Source: an uncultured Alphaproteobacteria bacterium
GTDB lineage: Bacteria > Pseudomonadota > Alphaproteobacteria > Rickettsiales > UBA1997
Assembly (NCBI GenBank): GCA_903898475.1
Contig: CAIUFU010000054.1
Location: forward strand, 1 to 32,830
DNA length: 32,830 nt
Reading direction: 5' to 3'
Shown: positions 1 through 6,945 of the stretch, piece by piece
How the letters are laid out: the number at the start of each line of letters is the position of its first letter
How positions within the stretch are numbered: the stretch's first letter is position 1
Made by a program: the position numbers and the translations under genes
Notes under the pieces: generated by a model
Databases searched by the model: none
Told to the model about the DNA's origin: nothing
Seen by the model: the letters and a program-made list of their open reading frames with translations, nothing else

Positions 1-89
1 GGTTCTTGCCTCTCCAAATTTTCTCTTGTGATTTTTGTCTAAAATATCAAGGGTTGCAAAATTCTTAATTTTGCAAGGAGAAGGTTACC

Positions 90-947
90 ATGCGACAATT
101 TTCAACCGCTTTACATTCTTTAAAAGTTCTTCTCATTAGGTCTCCGCGTGAAAAAGAATATGGATTAGCTAAGCTTTATATTCCCGGCATCCCCTTCAAA
201 CCTTTTTCTGAGGGTGAAAGATTGAGTTTGGGTTGGGCTTCATCAAGCGAGCTGATTTCTACTTATAATCTTTGTTCAAAATCTCAGGATTATTTATCTG
301 AGGATGATGAAGAGCGTAGCGACAAAAACCCACCGCAACGCGGCGATGTCATTGCTCATTTGGCAAAATATCATGATCCGCATGAAACTGAAGCTTATCT
401 GTCATCGGTAAAAGGCTTGGTTAGTAATGGTGACTACAATAATGATAAGCTTTTTAGAGAGGCTGAAGATCGTAGATTGCCAGCCTACGTTTTGAAGGAT
501 GGACTGCTTGATTTACGAAAGTCCGATGGCACTTTTGAGCCAGCAAAATTCTCTCGGGATATTATTTCTTTTGATAAAAGGGATCGTAGCCCTCAAGAAG
601 TGCAAGGGTTGGTGGAGTATCTAAGGAAAAATTATGAAACTATCATTGCGGAGAGAGCGCAACAATATTCGTGGCCAAAATATCTGAGTTTTCTGTCTAG
701 CTGTAAGAAAAACATTCTTAACGAAATTACCTCAAGGATTGAAGCTGATACCCACCAGAAGGCTCTAGCAATTAATCCAGCCTACAAAAAAGAGTGGGAT
801 GAGAGTTGTCAAACTTCAGAAACAAAAGTTGAAACTCCATTTGTTGAAACTCCCAATCCGATTCTGCAACAAAATGATGACAAGTTAACAGAGGCTAGAC
901 AGGCTTTTTATGATCAGAATTACGATGCGATCTCGAGATATGATTAG
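90..947 (+). CDS. hypothetical protein, hydrophilic, no recognisable family
   Basis: Uninterrupted 285-codon ORF. AGGAG at 76-80 lies 9 nt before the ATG. No signal peptide or TM segment. No motif I can assign to a family. Confidence 0.55.
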   Translation: MRQFSTALHSLKVLLIRSPREKEYGLAKLYIPGIPFKPFSEGERLSLGWASSSELISTYNLCSKSQDYLSEDDEERSDKNPPQRGDVIAHLAKYHDPHETEAYLSSVKGLVSNGDYNNDKLFREAEDRRLPAYVLKDGLLDLRKSDGTFEPAKFSRDIISFDKRDRSPQEVQGLVEYLRKNYETIIAERAQQYSWPKYLSFLSSCKKNILNEITSRIEADTHQKALAINPAYKKEWDESCQTSETKVETPFVETPNPILQQNDDKLTEARQAFYDQNYDAISRYD

Positions 948-1079
948 AGACTGTTAGCTAATTCCTTCGACCTCATATTTCGTCCTATTTTTGCTTATTT
1001 TTTCTGGACAAAAAGCAGTCGACAAATAATTTCCGCCGCTTCTCCCGCTGCTTAATTTTTCCAAAAAAAATCTCTAAAA

Positions 1080-1580
1080 ATGCTTGAACAAAAATCAATT
1101 TTGCGAGTTGTTGCGTTGCACTTAATCGCGATTTTGTTCGTTATCATTAACGTCTCCGACATCAGAATTACTGGCCTTTCACACATCATTCCGCTTTTTG
1201 ATTTGATGATGATTTTTTATTTTGGCGCCTTCAAAAACACTTTCGGAATTTGGTTTATTTTTCTTTTGGGCATTTGGAATGACGCGCTAAACGGCAACCC
1301 ACTGGGCACCACCGCGCTTTGCTACATTTTGTTGGTGAAACTTTTTTCAGTTTTAAATCACAAAATGATGATCAAAGAAAATTTCCGTCAAGTTTGGCAG
1401 CAATTTGTCGCTTTCTGTTTTCTGTTTTTGCTGATGAAATGGCTGATTTTATCAATCTTTAGCGGCCAATTTGTTTCAATCACCAACGCACTAGTGCAGC
1501 TGCTTCTGAGCTCGGCTCTCTATATTTTGATGCATAAATTTTTCGACTATCTCAGTCACAAATTGTTAGAGGAAAATTAG
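1080..1580 (+). CDS. mreD: rod shape-determining protein MreD (probable)
   Basis: 166-aa polytopic membrane protein with about five hydrophobic segments. Its stop overlaps the GTG start of the PBP2 gene (TAGTG), the canonical mreD-mrdA junction. The central FLLGIWNDALNGNPLGTTAL resembles the conserved MreD Gly/Asp block. Confidence 0.7.
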   Translation: MLEQKSILRVVALHLIAILFVIINVSDIRITGLSHIIPLFDLMMIFYFGAFKNTFGIWFIFLLGIWNDALNGNPLGTTALCYILLVKLFSVLNHKMMIKENFRQVWQQFVAFCFLFLLMKWLILSIFSGQFVSITNALVQLLLSSALYILMHKFFDYLSHKLLEEN

Positions 1581-3397
1581 TGCTTCGCGACATTCGCAAA
1601 AATAAAATTTTCAATCGTCGTGCCTTAATTCTTGGTGCTGCCCAATCAACTTTGGCAAGCGCTCTGGTGCTGCGTTTGAGCTATTTGCAATTGTGGAAGC
1701 ATGAAGAATATTCAATTCAATCTGACAGCAATCGTATCAAGCCGATGATTAATCCGGCGCCGCGCGGTACGATTGTTGATCGCAACGGATTTCCTCTGAC
1801 TAAAAATGACGGCAATTATCGCTTACTCCTTTACTCTGATCGACGCAGAAATTCTCAAGAATTAATCGATAAACTGTCTCAGGTGCTCGATCTAACCGAT
1901 GAGCAAAAAAATATTTTCGCCAGCAAAATCAAAAGTTCGCGCCGCAAAAGCATCGTTTCTTTGATGGATAATTTAGGTTGGGACGATCTGGCGCGCATTG
2001 AAACTAACTCACATTTGTTGCCCGGTGTTTCAATTGAAAGTGGCATTATGCGCCGCTATCCATATCCTGCTGAAACCGCGCATCTTGTGGGTTACGTCTC
2101 GCTTCCTTCCGAAAAAGAAATTGATGAAAATGAGCAGAATCTTTTTATGCATCCCGATTTTCGCATGGGGAAATTTGGTTTAGAAAAATCTTTCGACGAA
2201 GCTCTGCGCGGCAAATATGGTGTCAAATATGTTGAGGTGAATGTTCATGAAATTCCTCTCCGCACATTGTCGGTAAAGACTTCAGTTGAAGGCTCGCGCT
2301 TGCAGACCACAATTGATTTTCCTTTGCAGAAATTTGTTACCGAAAGAATCAAAGATGATGTCGCTTCAGTAGTTGTGATGAATGTGAAAAGCGGTGAAAT
2401 TTTGGCTTACGCATCGAGCCCAACTTTTGATCCAAATAATTTCGTTGAAGGTGTTTCGCGCGAATATTGGAACCAGCTTTACGCCGATCCGCACAAACCT
2501 TTGAGCAACAAACCCATCGCGGCGACTTATCCACCGGGTTCAATTTTCAAATTAATGGTGGCGCTTGCCGGCCTTGAATCGGGCTTTAATCCTGCTACTA
2601 AAGTTCATTGCAGTGGCTCTTACCAATTTGGCAAAAGAGCCTTTCACTGCTGGAAAGAAGGCGGCCACGGCACGCTTGATTTGATGGGTGGCATCATGCA
2701 TTCCTGCAACGTTTATTTTTTCACTTTGGCTAATCAAATCGGTCACGAAAAATTCACCGAAATGGCGCGCCACTTTGGTTATGGCGAAAAAATGGACATT
2801 AGTTTGCACGGCAGCAAAAGCGGCAATGTGCCCTCCGACGAATGGAAAAGAAAAGTTTTTAAAGAAGGTTGGATGGGCGGAGACACCCTAAACACGGCAA
2901 TCGGGCAAGGATCAGTTTTAGCCACACCTCTACAAATGGCGGTGGTTACTGCTAGAATCGCTAATGGCGGCATTCCGATTAAGCCTTATCTGGTGCGCAA
3001 CCACAATATTTTTCAACAATTTGATGCATTGAAATCTCAGCCTATCGTCAAGCCAGCGCATGTTAAATTTGTGCAAGAAGGAATGCGCCGCGTAGTTAAC
3101 GAACCGGGTGGCACGGCTTACGGCAAAAGAATTGAAATTAAAGGTTTTGAAATGGCGGGCAAAACCGGAACCTCGCAAGTGATTTCCAAAAGAGAAAAAG
3201 AAATGACAAAAGAAGAAAATGCCGCCAATGCTAACCACGCAATTTTCACTGGCTTTGCGCCGTTTCACGATCCGAAATATGCTATTTCCGTTGTAGTGGA
3301 GCATGGTGGATCTGGATCTGGCGCTGCAGCACCAATCGCTAAAGATGTGATGATGGAATTGCAGGGTTTGAATAAGCGAATTGTCACCCCGAGTTAA
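1580..3397 (+). CDS. mrdA: penicillin-binding protein 2 (elongasome class B transpeptidase)
   Basis: N-terminal membrane anchor, then the transpeptidase motifs SxxK (GSIFK), SxN (SCN) and KTG (KTGTS) in the correct order and spacing. Lies directly after mreD. Confidence 0.9.
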   Translation: MLRDIRKNKIFNRRALILGAAQSTLASALVLRLSYLQLWKHEEYSIQSDSNRIKPMINPAPRGTIVDRNGFPLTKNDGNYRLLLYSDRRRNSQELIDKLSQVLDLTDEQKNIFASKIKSSRRKSIVSLMDNLGWDDLARIETNSHLLPGVSIESGIMRRYPYPAETAHLVGYVSLPSEKEIDENEQNLFMHPDFRMGKFGLEKSFDEALRGKYGVKYVEVNVHEIPLRTLSVKTSVEGSRLQTTIDFPLQKFVTERIKDDVASVVVMNVKSGEILAYASSPTFDPNNFVEGVSREYWNQLYADPHKPLSNKPIAATYPPGSIFKLMVALAGLESGFNPATKVHCSGSYQFGKRAFHCWKEGGHGTLDLMGGIMHSCNVYFFTLANQIGHEKFTEMARHFGYGEKMDISLHGSKSGNVPSDEWKRKVFKEGWMGGDTLNTAIGQGSVLATPLQMAVVTARIANGGIPIKPYLVRNHNIFQQFDALKSQPIVKPAHVKFVQEGMRRVVNEPGGTAYGKRIEIKGFEMAGKTGTSQVISKREKEMTKEENAANANHAIFTGFAPFHDPKYAISVVVEHGGSGSGAAAPIAKDVMMELQGLNKRIVTPS

Positions 3398-3492
3398 TGA
3401 CTCAAAATGACCAAGTTTGGTTGTTAGTTCTTGATTGATAAAGCGCAGTTCTTTCTCCTGATTCTTTTTCGATTAAATTTTTAGTACTAAAC

Positions 3493-6400
3493 ATGCACTC
3501 TAAGAAACACTCAGCTTTCTCTCTTCTAGAAGTGTCAGCTGTCCTGATTATTGTCGGTATTTTTATTGCCGGAGTTGTTGCGGCTAACGGCATGGTTTCA
3601 AAGTTCAGAATTACCGCGGCCCAAACTTTAAGCCGTTCATCACCAATTAACGAAGTTCCAGATGCCGCGATCTGGCTCGAAACCAGCTTGGATACTAGTT
3701 TTAACTCTAGTGAAAGTTCTGATACATCATCTCTGACAACTTGGTATGATTCTAGAGCTTCAATGAGCAAAGTTACGGTTCAGGCGGTTTCGGGAAATCC
3801 TACTTATTCTAACACTATCAATCGCATTCACGCTGTTAAGTTTAACGGGTCGGGATATTTCACCTTTGACGGCAGCTTTTTAAACAAGAGCGATTACACA
3901 ATTTTCATTTTAGAAAAAAGAGAAAGTGCCAATGCTGGCAATTATTTTTTGGGAGATAGTTCGGTTACAACCCCAAACCAAAATCTGCTTTTAGGCTACA
4001 GTGCCGATGGGCAAATCACTCATAGTCAAGGCACTAACTCTTACGCTGCAGGCATTAGTAATTACTCTAGCTCCGGTGGTGCGCCGCGAGTTTTTACCTT
4101 CACGCAAAGCGCAACAGCTGGCAAAAAAACTTATATCAATGGTGTGCTTGCGGCGGAAAGCTCTGATACAACTCAGCTTAGCGGCATTTCAACTTTAAGC
4201 ATTGGCCAAGGCTACACCGGACAAATTGGTGAAGTTGCTATATTTACAAGAGCACTCGAGCCTGAAGAGAGAATAGCCATTGAAGATTATGTCGGCAAAA
4301 AATGGTCTTCAAAAATTAATCGCGCCAACGCTGTAAGCTGTATTGACGGCACGGTTACGTTAAATGGTTGCGATAGTTCAACGCCAACTACTCCAACTCC
4401 AATTACTTGCGCGGTTAGTGTTACTGGCGTTTCCAGCACTGCTGCAGTTGCAAGTGGTAGCGGAACTTTAACTTGTGATGTCACCGGCTACAGAGGAACT
4501 AGCGCTTACACTTGTGCCAGTGGAACTCTTACTGCTGCGGCTTGCGCTTGCGCTAGCGGCTATGCTGCCTCGGGTGGAGCATGTGTTGCAACTCCAACTA
4601 CTTGCGCGGTTAGTGTTACTGGTGTTTCCAGCACTGCTGCAGTTGCAAGTGGTAGCGGAACTTTAACTTGTGACGTTACCGGCTACACTGGAACCAGCGC
4701 CTACACTTGTGCCGGCGGAACCCTTACCGCCGCGACTTGCGCTTGCGCTAGTGGATATGCTGCGTCGGGCGGAGCATGTGTTGCATCTGGTGCAAATTGC
4801 ACTGGTGGCACAATTGATAACTCAGTATCGGGCTATGTAATTCACAAATTTTTGAGTGGCGGAACTTTCACCTGCCCAGCTGCAAAAACTGTTGAGGTTC
4901 TTGTGGTCGCCGGTGGTGGTGGCGGCGGTGGCGGCGGTGGTGGCGGTGGTGGCGCAGGAGGTGGCGCGGGTGGTTTAATTTATAATTCTAGTTTTTCAGT
5001 TTCGACTTCTCCAATTACAGTAACCGTTGGTAATGGCGGTGCTGGTGGTCCCGGCAATAATTACAATTTGGCGGGCGTTGGCAGCAATGGTGGAAATTCA
5101 GTGTTTTCAAGCTTGACTGCTGTTGGTGGTGGTGGTTCGGGAGCTCGTGAAGATAGTGGAAATGCTGGGTTATCCGGTGGTTCTGGTGGCGGCGGTGGTA
5201 TTTCGGGAACTTCTAAAGCTGGTGGATCGGCAACTTCCGGACAAGGCAATGCTGGTGGTGCTAACGGACAAGGTGGAAATTATGGTGGTGGTGGCGGCGG
5301 CGGAGCTGGAGCTGCTGGTCAAAATGGCACTAGCAGCAAAGGTGGAAATGGTGGCGTGGGCTTGCAATATAGCATCAGCGGCACCTCAACTTACTACGCT
5401 GGCGGTGGCGCGGCTTCTTACTATTCTTCAGGCGGCACTTTTGGTACGGGTGGATTAGGCGGCGGCGGCTCAGTTGGAGTTGCGGGAACTGCTAATACTG
5501 GCGGCGGTGGCGGCGGAGGAACGACTACTTCAGACTCTGGTTTGGCTGGTGGTTCTGGTATTGTGATTGTGCGTTATGCCAGTGGGCCTGCAACTAGTTG
5601 CGCGGTTAGTGTGACTGGTGTAACGAGCCCAGCCACGGTTAGTATTGGCGCCAGCGGTAGCTTGTCTTGCGGTTCAGGTTATACTGGTTCGGTAAGCTAT
5701 ACTTGTCTTTCTGCGGGTGTTTTAAGTACTACGGGATCTTGCGCAGCGATTACTAGTTGTCCTGTTTCTGTAACAGGAGTGACTACGCCAACCACAGTCA
5801 GTGTTGGAGCTAGTGGCAGCTTATCTTGTGGTTCAGGTTACACTGGCTCGGTGACTTACACTTGTCCTTCTACGGGTGTTTTAAGTACCACGGGATCTTG
5901 CGCAGTGATTACTAGTTGTCCGGTTTCTGTGACGGGAGTTACTACGCCAACCACAGTCAGTGTTGGAGCTAGTGGCAGCTTATCTTGCGGTTCAGGTTAC
6001 ACTGGCTCGGTGACTTACACTTGTCCTTCGACTGGAACTCTCAGCGTTACAGGAACTTGTACTGCACCAGTTTCAACTTCTGTAGTTCGAACATCAGGCA
6101 CGTCTTACACGGTACCATCCGGAGTTACCCAAGTTAAAGTTTGGGCAATCGGCGCCGGTGGTGGTGGCGGCGGAGCCGGTGGAGCCGGTGGCGGCGGCGG
6201 AGCTGGTGGTGTTGCTTACAAAACTTGGACAGTCTCGCCAGGAAATACCATTACTTATTCAATTGGCACTGGCGGTAATGGTGGCGTTGGCTCAGGAAAA
6301 ACAGGGGCAACTGGCGGCAATACAACAGTGACCATTAGTGGTGTAACAATCACCGGTAATGGCGGCGGTGGTGGACGTGGCGATAATGCTACCGCATCGG

Positions 6401-6831
6401 TTGGTGGTTCATTTAGTGGTGGTGATGGTGGTGTTGCAGGTGGTGGCACGGTTGGAATATCTGGTGACAGAGGAGGAAGCGCTGGTGCTGCGATCGGCGG
6501 AGTGAACGGAACCGTTCCCCCTGACACTGCTTTTGGCGGAACCGGTGCTAACAGTGCTGATGTGAGTGCGCTATTTACAACGCTTGCGGCAGTTGGAGGT
6601 TATCCAACCGTAAGTGGAGGTGCGGGATCCGATAGTGGTAACATAGGTGGCGAAACCAATCACGGCTCAGCTGCTACCGGATTTGGTTGCGGTGGTGGTG
6701 GCGCTGGCTGGTGGGGTGGCAATGGTGGCGCTGGCAGATATGGCGGCGGCGGCGGTGGCGCTGCTGGTGAAGGTAGTTCTAGAACTGGTGGCGGCGGTGG
6801 TGCTGGTGCGGTTGTGCTAAAATTCTTCTAA
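3493..6831 (+). CDS. giant prepilin-signal / LamG-like / Cys-repeat / glycine-rich domain protein, paralog 1 (two-cassette form)
   Basis: Intact 1112-codon ORF. Short basic leader MHSKKHSA, then FSLLEVSAVLIIVGIFIAGVV (prepilin cleavage/methylation-type motif, Glu at +5). LamG-like block at about 3673-4305 (WLETSLD...HAVKFNG..YFTFDG...DYTIFILEK...KTYINGVL...IGEVAIFTRALEPEERIAIEDYVGKKW). Then 2 x 65-aa Cys units and glycine-rich domain 1 (about 4795-5577, ending GGSGIVIVRY). Then 3 x 53-aa Cys units and glycine-rich domain 2 (about 6070-6828). Confidence 0.85.
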   Translation: MHSKKHSAFSLLEVSAVLIIVGIFIAGVVAANGMVSKFRITAAQTLSRSSPINEVPDAAIWLETSLDTSFNSSESSDTSSLTTWYDSRASMSKVTVQAVSGNPTYSNTINRIHAVKFNGSGYFTFDGSFLNKSDYTIFILEKRESANAGNYFLGDSSVTTPNQNLLLGYSADGQITHSQGTNSYAAGISNYSSSGGAPRVFTFTQSATAGKKTYINGVLAAESSDTTQLSGISTLSIGQGYTGQIGEVAIFTRALEPEERIAIEDYVGKKWSSKINRANAVSCIDGTVTLNGCDSSTPTTPTPITCAVSVTGVSSTAAVASGSGTLTCDVTGYRGTSAYTCASGTLTAAACACASGYAASGGACVATPTTCAVSVTGVSSTAAVASGSGTLTCDVTGYTGTSAYTCAGGTLTAATCACASGYAASGGACVASGANCTGGTIDNSVSGYVIHKFLSGGTFTCPAAKTVEVLVVAGGGGGGGGGGGGGGAGGGAGGLIYNSSFSVSTSPITVTVGNGGAGGPGNNYNLAGVGSNGGNSVFSSLTAVGGGGSGAREDSGNAGLSGGSGGGGGISGTSKAGGSATSGQGNAGGANGQGGNYGGGGGGGAGAAGQNGTSSKGGNGGVGLQYSISGTSTYYAGGGAASYYSSGGTFGTGGLGGGGSVGVAGTANTGGGGGGGTTTSDSGLAGGSGIVIVRYASGPATSCAVSVTGVTSPATVSIGASGSLSCGSGYTGSVSYTCLSAGVLSTTGSCAAITSCPVSVTGVTTPTTVSVGASGSLSCGSGYTGSVTYTCPSTGVLSTTGSCAVITSCPVSVTGVTTPTTVSVGASGSLSCGSGYTGSVTYTCPSTGTLSVTGTCTAPVSTSVVRTSGTSYTVPSGVTQVKVWAIGAGGGGGGAGGAGGGGGAGGVAYKTWTVSPGNTITYSIGTGGNGGVGSGKTGATGGNTTVTISGVTITGNGGGGGRGDNATASVGGSFSGGDGGVAGGGTVGISGDRGGSAGAAIGGVNGTVPPDTAFGGTGANSADVSALFTTLAAVGGYPTVSGGAGSDSGNIGGETNHGSAATGFGCGGGGAGWWGGNGGAGRYGGGGGGAAGEGSSRTGGGGGAGAVVLKFF
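4405..4794 (+). repeat. 2 x 195-bp in-frame tandem repeat (65-aa six-Cys unit) inside paralog 1
   Basis: acttgcgcggttagtgttactgg... recurs at 4405 and 4600. The first ~75 nt differ at one position, and the remainder is about 85-90 percent identical by eye. Confidence 0.9.
4912..4953 (+). repeat. (GGY)14 trinucleotide tract encoding 14 consecutive glycines
   Basis: ggt ggt ggt ggc ggc ggt ggc ggc ggt ggt ggc ggt ggt ggc, read in frame with the 3493 start. The equivalent tract is 5 Gly in paralog 2 and 8 Gly in paralog 3. Confidence 0.95.
5593..6069 (+). repeat. 3 x 159-bp in-frame tandem repeat (53-aa four-Cys unit) inside paralog 1
   Basis: actagttg[cy] unit starts at 5593, 5752 and 5911. 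An 89-nt core (5782-5870 vs 5941-6029) differs at a single position. Confidence 0.9.
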
Positions 6832-6834
6832 ATT

Positions 6835-6869
6835 AATTGCTCACAAAATTCACCAGTTTGTGAGCAATT
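6835..6869 (+). terminator. 13-bp perfect hairpin downstream of paralog 1 (possible weak intrinsic terminator)
   Basis: aattgctcacaaa (6835-6847) pairs with tttgtgagcaatt (6857-6869) across a 9-nt loop, starting 4 nt after the stop codon. No strong T-tract follows, so terminator function is uncertain. Confidence 0.4.
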
Positions 6870-6896
6870 GTTACTTGTGCTTTGACATTGCGCTCC

Positions 6897-6910
6897 TAGA
6901 TTGCGCGCCC
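6897..6910 (+). promoter_or_regulatory. tagattgcgcgccc motif (possible -10 TAGATT plus GC-rich discriminator) upstream of the ABC-F gene
   Basis: The identical 14-mer occurs upstream of atpD at 29909-29922. Both copies are followed by a similar c/ttyttac tail. Confidence 0.3.
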
Positions 6911-6945
6911 CTTTTACCCAACATTTTTATCTTTCCAAAAGTACC

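Noticed and set aside
2349-3304. Multiple 60-150-aa antisense or off-frame ORFs inside mrdA, the ABC-F gene, ppiD, ftsI, ispA and other conserved genes (e.g. 2349-3304, 7504-8291, 16949-18296, 25561-26224, 32139-32721).
   Set aside because: Each is fully embedded in a gene with unmistakable family motifs on the other frame or strand. None has conserved features of its own.
3402-3770. Antisense ORFs covering the 5' ends of all three paralogs (3402-3770, 8464-8706, 12766-12999), whose translations resemble one another.
   Set aside because: Their mutual similarity is the mirror image of the strongly conserved sense-strand pilin-signal/LamG sequence. They have no independent start context, and the sense ORFs carry clear protein-family motifs.
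4912-4953. The (GGY)14 tract as an on/off phase-variation switch or as a collagen-like segment.
   Set aside because: Trinucleotide slippage keeps the frame, so it can change length but cannot switch the gene off. The sequence is pure poly-Gly, not G-X-Y collagen periodicity.
4891-4990. V-L-V-V-G-G-G-G-G...G-G-A-G-G read as a Rossmann-type GxGxxG dinucleotide-binding site (FAD/NAD enzyme).
   Set aside because: The Gly run length differs among the paralogs (14, 5 and 8). There is no following helix/acidic-residue pattern. The remainder of the domain is repetitive Gly/Ser/Asn sequence rather than an oxidoreductase fold.
6255-6527. Pro-rich, Thr/Ala-rich and other alternative-frame ORFs inside the glycine-rich regions (e.g. 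5061-5249, 5123-5458, 6255-6527, 10020-10373, 14426-14683, 15010-15225).
   Set aside because: GGN-rich coding sequence automatically yields open CCN/NCC frames on the opposite strand and in shifted frames. Only the Gly frame is continuous with the conserved N-terminal domains.
6901-6945. TTG at 6901 as the ABC-F start (the longest ORF).
   Set aside because: It lies inside a 14-nt motif that is clearly non-coding upstream of atpD. GTG 6946 gives the standard distance to Walker A. I keep it only as an alternative, because I cannot verify this without orthologs.
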